Assembly (NCBI RefSeq): GCF_009834535.1
Contig: NC_045697.1
Coordinates: 8,434,001-8,498,000, forward strand
DNA length: 64,000 nucleotides
From: Camelus ferus
Lineage: Eukaryota
Direction: 5' to 3'
Numbering within the stretch: the stretch's first letter is position 1; the number at the start of each line of letters is the position of its first letter. Positions 11,790 to 25,309 of the stretch are shown here, in pieces. The notes beneath the pieces are model-generated. The model made no database searches. It was not told the DNA's origin and worked only from the letters and a program-made list of their open reading frames with translations. The translations under genes and the position numbers were made by a program.

Positions 11790-14789
11790 GCCTGGTTTTG
11801 TTCATGATGTATTCCTTTATGATTCTTAATCACCCCTCATATATTTTTTTGCAAATCTTTTTCAGACTGTTTTATTAAATCTATTTTATGTGCCTTGACA
11901 CATCCAGTCACAGATTTTATTGACCACCTTTTAATATTTTCATGTGTTTTATAACTTTGGTTTGTGGGCACATTTTTGAATGGAGTATTATTGTTTTTCT
12001 CTCTGACGTGGGGGTAAATACGTTTGTTTTTATGTACTCCTTCACGTCTAACCTTTTCTGCCTTCACCTGGGCCCCTGAAACTCTTGGCCAGAGCTAGGT
12101 CTTTTATTGGAATCAAGGAGCTCTTGCCCCCAGAGGCATTCATAGACACAGTCACTAGCCAGGAGAGTCTCTTGGCTCATAACTCAAAGGTACACATCTT
12201 CATACAAAGTAAAAAGCAGCAACTTTTCACACCAGCAGGGAGAACCACATTCCAGCACTTTTGAGAAACAGTGATCCTGGCACCATTAGGGCAATTTAGT
12301 CCTAATTGCACCATAGGGTCTAAACTCCAATCCTCCCCTGCTCCCTGCAGCACAGAGATGAGTATCCTATTTTTGAACAACCGTGGAGGATTTTTTCCCT
12401 TTTACTATATTTTATCTATCATTTCCATGTCTGGGAAGCAGCAGAGTTGACTGGCCTCAAAATATAAACTTAAAATCTCATTCTGACATGTCACCCACCC
12501 TTCAAAAATCAGATTATTGCTTAGTCTCACCTCCCTGTCACAGTCCATGATTATTCCTCTGCTTGGAATTCACACTCCTGGTTCTGCCATATTAGTTCTT
12601 CAAGGCTTAACTTATACCTCTCCTTTTTCAATATGTTTTCCACAGTAAACTCCATTTCCCCCAACCGCTTTATTTGTTCCTCACGCTCAACAGATTGCGA
12701 ACTTGAGAATAGAGGCTGAATTGGTTTCATCTCACATCTCCTTTTAAAGTTCACTATGAGTGCTTAATCAATACTTAGTGAATGAACAGTTAATGAATGC
12801 ATATTTGTTTGAGCTTTAGAAAACCCAAATGCACAGGACCTTATTTTGACTTTCCTAAAATCTACCAGCAAGGCTAAAAATAAAAAGTAGAACTAAAACA
12901 ACTTTTCTCTTCAAGACATCTCAAACTCCTAAACCTATACTCAGATATCCTGAAAACATGTAGACATTTTGCAGTCTTCCAGTTCTGTGAAACCCAAAAC
13001 AGTTTGTTCTCCTTGCCATTTCGGAAGATAAATAGGATTTGTGGAGAAATTATGCAAACTTTCCCTGGAAAATAAAAAGATTTCTAAAAAACCCACAGGC
13101 AAACTTCTGAAAAGCCAAAATCAACCAGCTCCATTTTACATGCAGAACTTTCTACACCTCTCCATAAAATAATGTGGATGATTAAATCTCACTAAAACTT
13201 AAGAAAATCAAATACCACATTTTGCCAAGAAACATTAACATATACATATATGTGTGCACATATATTTGTGTGCATGTATATATCTACACTCAGATGAACA
13301 AGAACAGCAGCTTTATGCAACTGAATGAATAAATGGGTGAATGAGAGAATCTGAGCAGTAATTATTTGTTAGATCACTGGCACTTACTCTCTAACAGTAG
13401 AAACAGCTGATGGTTCTCTCCAACACAACTTGCTCCCAAGACCCCGTGAATTTGCAATACTATCCTTTGATTAAGCCTTCCCTACCTTGGTTAACTGGAT
13501 AAATCTCATTCAGCTTAAATCCTGCCTCCTTTGGACAGCCTCTGACTCCTGGCCTAACCTCACTGCCCTTTCCACCCCTCAGTACTTATCAGGACAAGTA
13601 CTGAGACTATTTCTTCACCTGTCTTCCCTTCATCAAACTGTGGGTCATCTAAGGGTAAGATCAAGGGTTTCCATCTCTGAATCCCAATGCAGCCCTGTGC
13701 TTAACACATGATAGGTATGCAGTACGTTTTTGATGAATGAATGAATAACACTTATGGGTAGAATTACTCTGCAATCTATTTCCATCAAAGAATGAAACCA
13801 TTAACAGCTTCTGCTTTATCAGGAGTCCTCTGCTAAACACAATCTAAAAGGGCTTCTGCAAAACTACTGCTAACTTTCAGTGTGAACACCATGATCCTTC
13901 TAAAATTAAAAAAAGGCACCCCTCCCGTTAAAAAATTTCAGCCATTTTACACCAGCAAATAAACACTCAAATGATATGTTTTTCTATTAAAAACTCGTGA
14001 GTCTTAAATTTCTTTTTAATCACAGGCTTTAGTATTATTACACGTGTTCCATTAACAGGCATATCCAATGAATTCCCTTTCATAAACACTAGTAAGTTCA
14101 GTGCAAGCCAGCCAGGTGATTAATTTATAATTCTTGACACATTAGGGAGGTGGGTTGGAGGTAAGAAGTAGCCAGTAAGTCCTAGGATGCTTTGCCTTTT
14201 ATGCCAACACCATGGACACACACAGAGAAGGGCACATGCAAACACCTGAGCACAGAACACATACACACACACACAGACACATGCCACCCATGAACACTCA
14301 CTGCTCGACTGGCACTGGACCCATATTTGACAAACCAATGCCTGAAGGCAAATAGCTGAGCCTAAACTGTTGCAGGTTCCTTTTCACGTAAAAATAATAA
14401 TATTGAATAAAAATTGTTGGAGTTTGGCCAGAGCCTAATGCAGCACAATTTCTAAATTCAGCGTCGTCCTTCCCCCAACACACATACTCCCCACTTGCTC
14501 TGCCGCCTCCTTGCTTTTCTAAGCAGGTTACTCTACCTCGCATAAAAAGTCATTCAGTATTTGCTTCCATCTCTGATACCTAATGCATTAGGCTCTCTCC
14601 CTACACCTGAGGGACAGAGATTCACTGTGCAAGAAGGAAAAGAACTTCAGATTGGAAATAAGCAGCCACTAACTTGCTGTGTGATTTCAGAAGAGTTAGT
14701 TCCCCTCTCTGAACCACGTGAGTGAATGTCCACATATGTGAATGAGAAGGCTGGCTGTGATGATTCCTTCCCTTTCTAATTTTTTTATG

Positions 14790-15090
14790 TAGTAGTTGAG
14801 AGCATGGACTCTGGAGCCAGACTGATGGGGATCAACTCCTAGCCCTTTATTTGCCTAGTAAATAGTGATGATGATGATGATGATGAAAATGATGATGTTA
14901 GATGGATGACGGATCAACAGATGATAGCCAGATGGTAGGTAGGTAGGTAGGTAGATAGGGAGATAGACAGATAGATAGTATCTCATGGATACTGTCTTAT
15001 ACTGAGAACTAAATGACATATTCCATATAAAGTGTTTAAAAGAGAGCCTGCCCCATTGTAAGCCCTATATAAAGGTTAGTTGCTATTACA
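14790..15090 (+). mobile_element. MIR SINE with internal (TGA)n and (TAGG/TAGA)n microsatellites
   Basis: GAGCATGGACTCTGGAGCCAGACTG head; repeats at ~14866-14978; AAATGA...TAAAGTGTTTAAAAGAGAGCCTG tail. Confidence 0.7.
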
Positions 15091-16369
15091 TTACACAAAT
15101 TTAAAAAATGATTTCCAAAGGTCACACTATTAACTCTTTCTGTCTCGTTTTTGTATTTCAGAATAAGGGTGTGATAAACAAAAGCCAAATATTGAACATC
15201 TACTTCTGGTCACACGAGGGGACAGTTGTTTCCCCTAATCACTAAAGTCCCCGACTCTTAGACCTCACGAATCAGTTGGGCCTGCTGAGCGCTGCTGGCG
15301 CTGCCGGGAAGACGAGGACAGGAAGGAACGGGAGGGAAGCCGCCGTCAGGAATGAAGGGCGCTGGCAAAGCGAGGGGACTCACACGGAGCCCTGGCCACA
15401 CAGACTTGGCAGCATCCAGGCCTCTTCATCTCTCAATTTCATGGTCATAAAAAAAAAAAACACATAAAAAGCCCAGTAACTACATGAATATGGAAACGGC
15501 TTGAACACCCTGGAGATGTGGTCAGCGTGGGTCACATTCAAGTCGCACTGTGGCATCCAGGGATGATGGCAGGTCAGGCAGGCTCTGTGACCTTCCCAGG
15601 GACAAGGAAAAGGGATGAAAATGATATTTCAACCCCCTGAGCTATCAATGCAGAAACTTTCACAGAATCTAAGTCCAGGACAGAAAAACAAACCGTTCAA
15701 AGTTTTCAATCTTCCAATATCCCAGTTTCTAAGGAGATTTCCTCCTAAATGAGTCACTGGAAACTGCTCTTTAAAAAGCAGGTATTTATTTTTCTTTTAT
15801 AAAATATTGAATATATTGCTTAGTAATAATAACAGGGGAAAAAATAACAGTGATGTAAACCAAGGCAAGAAGACTGGTCAGCAGGGTGATTATCCTTGAT
15901 CTGTGCTTTCAGCTGGAGCCCAGTGACAGAGTGCTTTCTCTTTCTCTATTCCCTGCCTTGACAGAGCACTGTACTGGGAGCCCCGCGGCTGAGGATCTCA
16001 TCCTCAGAACATCTGCTGATGAGCTGTGTGTCCCTGGGAAACCTCTTAGCCTCTCTGGGCCTGTTACACTGATCAACAAGAACATTAATTAGATAGATCG
16101 CAGCCCTCATGTTCAATGGCTTTAGGCTGCCATCCACCAGCTCCCACCCTCCATTGGTCAAAGGTTTCCTTGCGAAAATCTTAATACCCTTGTGCATCCA
16201 GGCTTGCACGTGCCTTCATCAGAACGGCTGAGTGATGTCCAGCAGGTGTCATAGGAAGCAGGTAGAAAAGCCACAACTCAATCAGGATGTAATTAAAAGG
16301 AGAGCTGGGAGGATGTCACGTGGGCACAAGAGGTACCTGATACACTACGCTTTTTAAAATGACAGCTCA

Positions 16370-16624
16370 CTCGTGAACTGTACAACACGGTGAATCCTAA
16401 CTTAAATTATGGACTTTAGTGAATAATAATGTATCAACATCGGTTCATGAGTTGTAACATACGCACCACACTCCTGTGAGACGTTAATAACAGAGGAAAC
16501 CGCACACAGGGGAACAAGGGTATATGGGGACTCTCTGTACTTTCTGCTTAGGTTACCTGTATACCTGAAACCGTCCTAAAAAACAGTCTATTAATTAAAA
16601 CAAACAAACCAAAAAACAAAAAAA
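16370..16624 (+). mobile_element. L1MC-like 3' end fragment
   Basis: GAACTGTACAACAC..GTGAATCCTAA..TAAATTATGGACTTTAG..ATAATAATGTATCAA...GGGTATATGGGGACTCTCTGTACTTTCTGCT followed by an A-rich tail. Confidence 0.75.
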
Positions 16625-16665
16625 CTTCAGCTCTCCCTGTTTCTAACACACCTAATGTATCTTAT

Positions 16666-17001
16666 CATCTTAGTTAGGGCTGCTCTAACAAATTACTCTA
16701 AAAATAGGACTGTATAGTTTAAACAATAAACATTTATCTCTCCCAGTTCTGGAGGCTGGAAGTCCAAGACCAGGGTGCAGCATGATGGGGGTTGGTGCCC
16801 ACTTTTCTTTGTTTCACATGGCAGATATACGATGAGCTAGCTCTCTGGTCCCTTCTTTTAAGGGCACTAATTCCATTCACAATGGCTCGAACCTGATGAC
16901 CTTGTTACCTCCCCAAAGCTCCACCTCCTAATACGATCACACTGGAAGTTGGATTTCAACATACGAATGCTGAGGGGCACACAAACATTCAGTCCCTAAC
17001 A
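16666..17001 (-). mobile_element. MLT1A-like MaLR solo LTR
   Basis: CTTAGTTAGGGCTGCT..AACAAATTAC...CAGTTCTGGAGGCTGGAAGTCCAAGA...ACAAACATTCAGTCCCTAACA. Confidence 0.85.
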
Positions 17002-18780
17002 CTCACCTTGCTCATGATGCTCGTTTTTTTTCATGGCGCTCATCGCTGTCTTATTAGCCTTATTAGACTTACATTTAGTGTTGACTCCACCTCATGCAGG
17101 ATCCATGAGGATAGAGATGTTTGTAATTTTTGTTCACCTGATATATTCCCCAGTAATGCCTAGTGCATGACAGACACTCAATAAGTACTTTTTGAATCAA
17201 TGAATGGATGAATAAGAGAACATGAGAAGCCTAAAACTCTGGCAGACTAACTGCAGAACAGAGAATCCAATGAAGATGAGAAATAACCCTTAGGCAAAGA
17301 CAAAGGATGGGGAAGGTTTACACTAGTGACCACTCTTCTCCAAAAGCTCATCAAGTTCCCCTCCCCACTCTCTACACCCATGAAATCAGCAAGAAATTAA
17401 CCTGGAACTACCGATGACAAAAGCCAACTGGGCAGCCCAAGTCAACAGCAAGAAGCACAAATTATCAAAAGATGCCAACTTGGGCAAATTTTAGCCATGT
17501 CCCTAGTGAGGATCTGACACTAGGCCCGAGACTGTGGTTCCAAGAAGAGTGATTCCTACCTCCCTTGGATTCCCTGAAACCACTGCTCGACGGGGAAGGA
17601 CCATGAGACAAACTGATGGCCATGCTGATGATGAGGGAAAGCGCAGAGAGAGCTATGACCTACTGAGGGTTTACCATGCGGAAGGCAGTGCCCCACACGT
17701 GTAATCATCGCAGCATCCCTGGGAGACAGGACCGTTATCTTCACTGTGGCAGAGACAACGTCAGTTGTTCACGGTTGCATCTCCCCTCACCACACAGCAG
17801 TTTTCCCACCACCACTCCCCTTGATTCAAAAAAGGATCCTATGCCTGGATTCTGGCTAATGGAGCATAGGCAAAAGGGATGCATCCACTTCTGCGTGTGG
17901 CTCCTCTCCCACCACCATTCCCAATATTCCACACTTTCCTTCTTCAGACAGTAAAGTGGGAAAGAAAGAGAGTGTAAGGGTGTCAAGCCACTGGGAGTTC
18001 CTGTTACGGCAACCAGCAATAATTACCTTGGCTAATGCTACCATTTTACAGAGGAGAAAACTGAGGCACCATTGTAGGGACTTGCCCTAGTTGGTACTGG
18101 AGCTGGCATCTGAACACAGGTAGTCAGCCTGCATCCATGAGCTTAATACCCTGTGAGAGCAGGCTTTGGGGAGACCAAAGCCCCTTCATTCAGCCACAGT
18201 CTCTGATACCAGGGAAGCCACGAAACCAACATCAGGAAATGTCTCACCTCCAGGAACTGTGGGCAGGCAGAGCACACAGGTTTTACAGAATGAGGTCGCT
18301 CAGGAATTCTGTGTCTATACATAGGCCACATACTTAATTTTGATGCAGATGGTATATGGCATTTTCTGTTCATTAAATTCCTTAATATAACTTTATGGTA
18401 AGAATGCTCGTCTTGTATTTCATACAGTCCCAGGAGTGCTAGGAACAGGGATTAAGCCACCCAGCAACACTGCATGAAACTAATTAACTGGCAGCATTTA
18501 CAAATGCTTACTACATGACGGTACTACATTCTGAGAAAAAGAAGGCACTGGGAATGGATGAGGAAGATGTCTCCGCACAGATGTCAGTTTATACTCTGGG
18601 GCAAGCACTTGGCAAGGAGTGTCTGTATACTTTACATTATCCCATCATTCTGACAACCCTGTGAAAGACGCATTATTACCCCTATTGTACAGATACGGAA
18701 ACTGAAGGTCAGGGAGGCAAGTAACTTTCTAAGACTCCTCAACTCACATGGGGGAGAAAAAAAAAATCCAAAGCAGCCCA

Positions 18781-19048
18781 AAGAGAAAGGGGGAATGGAT
18801 AAATTAAGAGTATGAGATCAACAAATACACACCACTATATACAATATAGATAAACAACAAGAACCTACTGTATAGCACAGGGAACTATATTCAATATCCT
18901 GTAATAGCCTGTAATGGAAAAGAATCTGAAAAAGAATAGATATATTCTATTATATATATTCACATTAGATATAACTGAATCATTTTACTGTACACCTGAA
19001 ACTAACACAGTATTGTAGATCAACTATAGTTTGATTAAAAAAAAAAAA
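18781..19048 (+). mobile_element. Short L1 3' UTR insertion with poly(A), nested in a MIR
   Basis: ACTGTATAGCACAGGGAACTATATTCAATATC...CTGTACACCTGAAACTAACAC; A12 tail; degenerate TSD AAAGCAGCCCA / AAAACAGCTCA. Confidence 0.85.
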
Positions 19049-19299
19049 CAGCTCAGCATTGTCCAGGCTTTTTCACTGCAATCCATGACCCATCAACAAG
19101 ATTGTTTTTAACTGAAATACATAGTGATAGAAAAAAAAAAAATAGCCTAGGACACCTCCCTTTCTAGAATAGAAGTGTTTCAAAAAAACTTTTAGAGTAA
19201 ATCTCTGTAAAGCAAATTCAAATTCCCTATTGACTCTCCAAGTTGGGACAATGAGCTAAATTCTTTTACAGAGCAAGGAGGAAAGACAATAACAGATGA

Positions 19300-19760
19300 T
19301 CTCCACTGAGGGCTCACTAGGTGCTACACACATCATATGCATTATTTTTTCACATTCACAACAAACCTATGGGACAGGCTATTATTATTCGCATGTTAAC
19401 AGGTGAGGAAACTGGGAGCATAAAAGGACAACTTACTTGCCAATAGACACACAGCCAACCTCAGCCAGAATTTCAATCCGGGGAGTCTGATGGTGAGAAG
19501 AATAACATCGATGATGCTATTTAAAGCTAACTACAAGCCAGGCAGCGTGCTAAGCATCTATCATATATTAACTTGTTTAATCCTCAGAATAACTCTATTA
19601 TTGTCCCATTTTATAAAAGAGCAAACTGAGGCACTGGAGAAATTAAGTAAAATGACGTAATCCATACTGGCCTACACAGCTTGCAAATGGCAGAGCCAGA
19701 GTTCAGATGCAGGCAGTTTGGCTCCAGTGTCTGGGCTCATAACCACCACACTCTACTGCC
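19300..19760 (-). mobile_element. Two tandem MIR SINEs
   Basis: Core motifs ACAGGTGAGGAAACTGGG and CCCATTTTATAAAAGAGCAAACTGAGGCAC; TGGCAGAGCCAGAGTTC...CAGGCAGTTTGGCTCCAG. Confidence 0.75.
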
Positions 19761-19914
19761 TGATTCCAGGACCTCTCACATCTTTCTTCACTACAATCTT
19801 TCTCTTAAGTGGAGGCCAAAACCACACAAAGCAAGTGTCTCCACCGTATTTAGGGGAAGCATGATTTCTCACCCTCCACCCCCAGTCTCCTGCCTGCAAT
19901 CTCTGATGCTGTAC

Positions 19915-20337
19915 TGTTATCAACTGAAATTATGTGTGTCTCCCCCCAAATCCTTCTGTTGAAGCCCTAACTCACAGTGTCATGGTATTTGGAGGCAAGG
20001 ACTTTTAAGAAGTAATCAGGATTAGATGCAGTCTTGAGGATGGGGTCCTCGAGATGGTATGAATACCTATATAAGACAAGACACCAGAGAGCTTGGAGCA
20101 CTCTCTCTCTCTCCCCCCCCCCACCCCCCAGCTCTCTGTCTCTCCACTGTGGCCATGTGAGGACACCACATGAAGGTGGACACTGGAAAGCCAGGAAAGG
20201 GGCTCTCATCAAAAACTGAATCAGCCAGCACCATGACCTTGGACGTCCCAGCCTCCAGAACTGTGAGAAATAAATGGTTGCTGTCTAAGCCATCAGTCTA
20301 CGGTATTTTGTTACAGCAGCCCGAGCTGACTAAGGCA
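19915..20337 (+). mobile_element. MLT1A-like MaLR solo LTR
   Basis: TGTTAT...CCCCCCAAAT..TGTTGAAGCCCTAAC...CCAGCCTCCAGAACTGTGAGAAATAAAT...TTTTGTTACAGCAGCCCGAGCTGACTAAGGCA. Confidence 0.9.
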
Positions 20338-20595
20338 TGATCAGCAGCTCTCCTGTACGTGACAACTTCAACTCCGTCAGAATCGCATCTCCCAGTCTCC
20401 TAGGACTCAGCTCCATTCTCCCTTCTAGCTGACTGTTTCCGGGGCCTGACAAACGGGTCGGGTGTGATGCCCTTACTAAGACCTCTAGTACTTCCCCAGA
20501 TGCTGTCTCTCTCTTGCAGAGGTGCCTGCGCAGGAAAGTGGTCCACGTCTCAGGATTCAAGTGAACCAAACTACAGGCATTCCTTGCTCCCTCCT

Positions 20596-21104
20596 TGTAT
20601 TAGTCATCCACTGCTGCATAACAAGTTAACATAGAATTTAAAAGCTCAATACAGTAACATTTACCATCTCATAATTTCTATTGATCTAGAATCTGGGCAC
20701 AGCTTAGCTGGGTCCCCTGGCTCAGGGTCTCACAGGTGTTGGCCAGGGCAGTCATTTTGCCTCAAGATGGGAATGGGAGTGGTGTGGGGATACAGGGAGG
20801 ATCTGCTCCCAAACTCATTCACATGGTCCCCTAAGACATCAGTTCTTTGCCACATGGGTCTATTCTCAACACACGGCTCACATCCCCCAGAGGAAGAGCC
20901 AGATAGCAGGACCCAAGATGAAAGCTACATACAGTCTCTTTGTAGACTGATCTTGGAAGTGCCATCTTATCACTACTTCTACTATGTTCTATCCATTAGA
21001 AGCGAGTGGCCAGGGCCAGCCCACCTTTAAGGTGTGGGGATTACACAACAGTCTGAATGTAAGGAATCTAGGATCGTTGGAAGCCATTCTAGAAGCTGCC
21101 GACC
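20596..21104 (-). mobile_element. Older MLT1-family LTR
   Basis: TGTATTAGTCATCCACTGCTGCATAACAA...GAATCTGGGCACAGCTTAGCTGGGTCC. Confidence 0.75.
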
Positions 21105-21494
21105 TTGAAATTTCTTTGAAGTTAGAGCTACCTGTAGTAGTCTGACAGTTTACCATAGCAGATTAGGATGAGTTATCAGCTGAAAATTCTAACTCAAGTA
21201 ACAGGCATCCAAATGGAAACAGGCTTAAACAATGTGGAAATACACTCTTTCTAATAACTGCTAAACTGCTGAACTGCCTAACTCTTTCTGATAAGCTTGC
21301 AAATTATCTGGGTGATTCAGTGGCTCAACCACGTGAGCGGGGCACTGGGCATCTCCCTCCCTCCCCCCCCCCCCCCGTCTGCCCTCCACTACGATCACTT
21401 CACACTCAGGGTACCTTCCCTCTTGGTCATACGACAGCCGTCAGTAGCACCTGGTGCAGCGTGCCTCCTTGGAATATAAGCATGGAATATAAAC

Positions 21495-21611
21495 AAGGTG
21501 GCCATTTAAGACACTGTCAGCGTGAAAAAGGCCACTAATTAACAGTTAAAACAGGACACCAGGCATAAAGCAGGACTTCCCCAAGGAAGAGCGGGACAGC
21601 TGGTTGCCCCA
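21495..21611 (+). mobile_element. MER94-like hAT-Blackjack MITE
   Basis: Degenerate terminal inverted repeats (AAGGTGGCCAT...CTGGTTGCCCCA); the internal GACAC..GTGAAA..GGACACCAGGCATAAAGCAGGAC resembles the recalled MER94 consensus. Confidence 0.55.
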
Positions 21612-21719
21612 AATGCAAGTTTTCCTCTTCAACATCACAGGGTCACCTTAGATCACTGACGCAGCCCTGCACCAGTGATAGGCTCGGCGGGGTATCTTGG
21701 GCTTATTCACTCTCATTTG

Positions 21720-22790
21720 CCCTTCCATTTATCCAGTGCCTACTTATTGAATGTTTTCTCTATTCTAGAGCTGTCAGCATTGAAGATAGAGCAGTGAACA
21801 AAACAGACAGAAGTCCCTGACCCACAGAGCTTCTATTCTAGTGATGGGCACAGAAAACAAACCAAGTAAGCCTGCTGGAGGATGATGGCATTAAAGAAAG
21901 CAAGGAATGGGACTGGAGAGGGCAGGAGGGCGGCGCAACTTTAACTAAGCTGCCGGGAATATCTCACTGAGAAGGGGATATTTGAGCACAATGTTAGACA
22001 AGGTCAGGGCGTAGCTATGGGTGCTGGTGGAACAGTGTTCCAGCACGGGGGTGGGGGTGGGGGCGGGGGGCAGCAGTGGTGGTGAGAGCCAGCGGTCCTG
22101 GGTGGGATGAATCTAATGTGCTTCAGGAGCAGTGAACTGGCCAGAGGCTGAAAGAGAGTGAACGAGGGGAGGAGCAGAAGATGAGGTCACGGAGGGAATG
22201 GGAGCCGACCACGCAGGGCTAGAGAGGCCATCCTAGGAAGCGCTCTTGTTATCTTGAAAGAAACAGGCCTCGTTAGAGGGTTTAGAGCAGAGACGTTCCA
22301 CACTCTGATTTACGCTTCACCATGATTCTAGACGGCTGCTAAACTGAGAAGAGAACAGGGACAGATACGTGGAAGCAAGATGGTGTGAGTTAGGAGACTA
22401 TGATAATCCAGGAGATGTGATGGCGGATGCAGGGAGAGACTCAGACCCTGATATGGTTTGAAAGGAGAGCCTACATGACCGGCTAATGAACTGCTTGAGA
22501 AGAGAAACTGAGTGCTGTAAACTGCGGCCTCAGAGCATCCTTGGGTTTGTAAACTAAAATAATGGAGTTTCTACAAAATAGAGTGGAAAAGCCACTGAAG
22601 GGGCAGGTTTGGGAGGGGGGCCAGAGAAAAGGGAGAAGATCAGGAGTCTGATTTTGGAGATGCTGTGTTTGACATGCCTGTTAGACCACCAAGTGAAGAT
22701 GTCAACTAGCCCTTGGAGACATGAGTCTGTGGAGATGTTTGGACTGGAGATGTAAACTTGCAATTCATCAGCATATAAAAGATACTTAAG
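21720..22790 (-). mobile_element. L2 LINE 3' region
   Basis: AGCAGTGAACAAAACAGACAGAAGTCCCTG...TTTGACATGCCTGTTAGACCACCAAGTGAAGATGTCAA. Confidence 0.8.
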
Positions 22791-23489
22791 TCACTGAGTC
22801 AATTTGTTAAATCATTCATGCATTCAAACAATTCCATGTGGTAGGTAGCATTTGAGATGCTAAATATATCTATACTTACTTACAGTCACACTATTTTTAA
22901 TATAAATACATATACAAATATATATTACTTTATATATGTATATACTGATGTAACTTATCTATCTATGTATCTATCTATATTGTTGATATGTATTAACAAA
23001 CAATACTTTGTTTGATCCCCCACTTTTACGGACCTCATTGGTGGAGAAGGCTGATAATAAAATCTAAAGACACTGATGATGTTGCATTAAAAAAAAAAAG
23101 AATTCAAGGGCTCCAAAAACAAAGCCGTACCTCTCCCACTCTTGGGTATGAGAGTCAGCTCTGTTGTCCCTTTTACAAGTTGTGGGTTGGCTTTTACTAC
23201 GCTCACAGATTCTGTGGGTCGAAATTTAAGATAAGGGCAGGGGGCTGAGGCAGAGTAAATGAAAGGAAAACAGGTGAATGAGAGATTAAAAATAAGCGAG
23301 CAGGAAACAATCCCCTAAGGCCTTGTAGGCCATGGTAAGGATTTAGGATTTTACTCAAGTGTGACTGGAAGCCACTGGATGGCTCTGAACAAGAAGCAGT
23401 ATTTCCTGACTCACATTTTGAAATGCGTAAGTCCCAAGAACAGTGAAATGAGAATATCTTGGAAGAAAATGGAAATGTCCAAATGTATA

Positions 23490-23680
23490 CACCTTGAGCA
23501 CAGTGGTTGCAAAGTCAAACTGACCCGGATTTCAGTTCTGCTTATGCATACTAGCTGTGTGACCTTAGGCAAGTCACTTAAGCTCTCTGAACTTAATTCC
23601 CTCACCTGCAAAATAAAGATAAAATAGTACCTACCTCATTGCTGCCTATCAAACTTATTATTGTAATTATTTTTATTACT
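23490..23680 (+). mobile_element. MIR SINE
   Basis: CTAGCTGTGTGACCTTAGGCAAGTCACTTAAGCTCTCTGAAC...AATAGTACCTACCTCAT core. Confidence 0.8.
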
Positions 23681-24075
23681 GCTGCATAAAAGTTCACTCA
23701 AGTCCTAAGGAGTGAGGAGTCTTAGGAAAATCGTAATATTGGATCCAACACAAACTGAAGAGAATTTCAATGAGAACCTTGAAGAAGAAAAAACAGTGGT
23801 ATTTAAAACAGGGTGTTTCGGTTACTTGCTGTGGTGAAGGAGGGAGAGGCAGAGCTAGGATTATGGATTCTTGCTATGAGTCTCCCTGATTTTTAGTGAC
23901 GGCCAGAGATCCTTCCTTCCACCCTGACCTCTGTTTTCCTGAATTACAGTGCTGCTCACTACAACACCATCTTGCTCTAACTTGCTTGCACACTCTTCTC
24001 CTTTAGTAGACAAGTTCCTTGAGACCAGAGGCTATGTTTGGTTTCACATGTATCTCCAACACCTAGCATAACGTC

Positions 24076-24673
24076 TCTATTAGTCAGAGTTCTCCAGAGA
24101 AACAAAACAAATGGGATACATATGTGCATAGAATATATAGATAAATTAGACACAAATATAGAGAGAGAGAGGGAGACAGGATATAGATGAAGGAAGGATG
24201 GAAGGAAAGGAAAGGAAAGAAGAAAAGAAAGGAGGGAAGGAAGGAAGGAAGAAAGGAAGGAAGGAAGGAAGGAAGGAAGGAAGCAAGTAAGGAAGGAAGG
24301 AAGGAAGGAAAGAGGGAGAGAGGGAGAAGCTTATCACAAAGAATCAGCTCACAGGACTGTGGAGGCTGAGAAGCCCAGACCCGGAGGCCCAGTGGTGTAG
24401 TTCCAGTCATGTCCAAGTCCAAACGCTGGAGAAAACTAAAGTCCCAACTCAAAGACAGACAGGCCGAGAGAGAGAATTCTTTCTCATTCAGCTTTTTATT
24501 CAATTCAGTCCTTCACTGAATTGGAATGAGGTCCACCCACACTGGAGAGGGCATACTCAACCTGCCAAGTCCAGTGTTACCCAGAAATATCCTCACAGAC
24601 ATACCCAGAATAATGTTTAACCAAATACTGGAGCACCCAGTAGTCCACTCGACACAAAAAACTAAGTATCACA
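24076..24673 (-). mobile_element. MLT2-family 3' LTR of an ERV-L provirus
   Basis: TATTAGTCAGAGTTCTCCAGAGAAACA at one end and ...TATCACA at the other; polypurine tract (AAGGGGTGGACC on the - strand) immediately adjacent at ~24674-24685. Confidence 0.88.
24188..24327. repeat. (GGAA)n purine microsatellite expanded inside the MLT2 LTR
   Basis: Direct inspection. Confidence 0.95.
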
Positions 24674-25179
24674 GGTCCACCCCTTGTCAACTTGGCACCT
24701 GTACGTGTCTCCTTAAACCATATTTAATCTCCAAATAAAGACACTAAGAAGGCCATAATTCTAACATGATACAGCTATCCTGCCATCAACTGGAAGTGGG
24801 TTAATCTTCTCCCTACAAAAAGAGGTAAAGCCCTCGAGTGGTATTTCATTTTCTCATTGATTTCTTGAAACTTAAATACTATGAGTTAAAATGAACAATA
24901 AATACTATGATATAAAGTCAATACACTTTATGTGACATGAGAGAGAAAATAAAGGTATTTGACATATAGATAAATTATAACCAAATAAGGAGGAAATACT
25001 CATGGCAATCACAGGCTTCATTTCCGTAATGGGTCATGCGGGCGTGGTTGTATTTAGAACTACTTTCCTCCACCACCAGTTCTGTATTTCCTTTGCCCTC
25101 AGGAAGCACCTCAGGGGTCATGGTTCTTTACCTGGTGGAGTGACCCAAACCTTCATTCCTGAAAACCCTCAGCCTTTAA

Positions 25180-25309
25180 GGCGGGAGGGTGTAGCTCAGT
25201 GGTAGAGTGCATGCTTAGCATGCACGAGGTCCTCAGTTCAATCCCCAGCACCTCCTTTAAAAAATTAAATAAATAAACCTACTTACATCTCCCCCTCTTC
25301 ACCAAAAAA
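25180..25309 (+). mobile_element. Camelid tRNA-Ala-derived SINE (Vic-1-like), nested in the ERV-L
   Basis: GGGAGGGTGTAGCTCAGTGGTAGAGTGCATGCTTAGCATGCACGAGGTCCTCAGTTCAATCCCCAG (A and B boxes) plus AAATAAATAAACCT tail. Confidence 0.9.

Noticed and set aside
24084..24503. 139-aa ORF with PSFL repeats
   Set aside because: Translation of the (GGAA)n microsatellite inside an LTR.
25180..25255. tRNA-Ala-like sequences (also at 33738, 47640, 55925 and 61445)
   Set aside because: Each has a shared non-tRNA AT-rich tail, most have TSDs, and the stems are decayed: these are SINEs, not tRNA genes.
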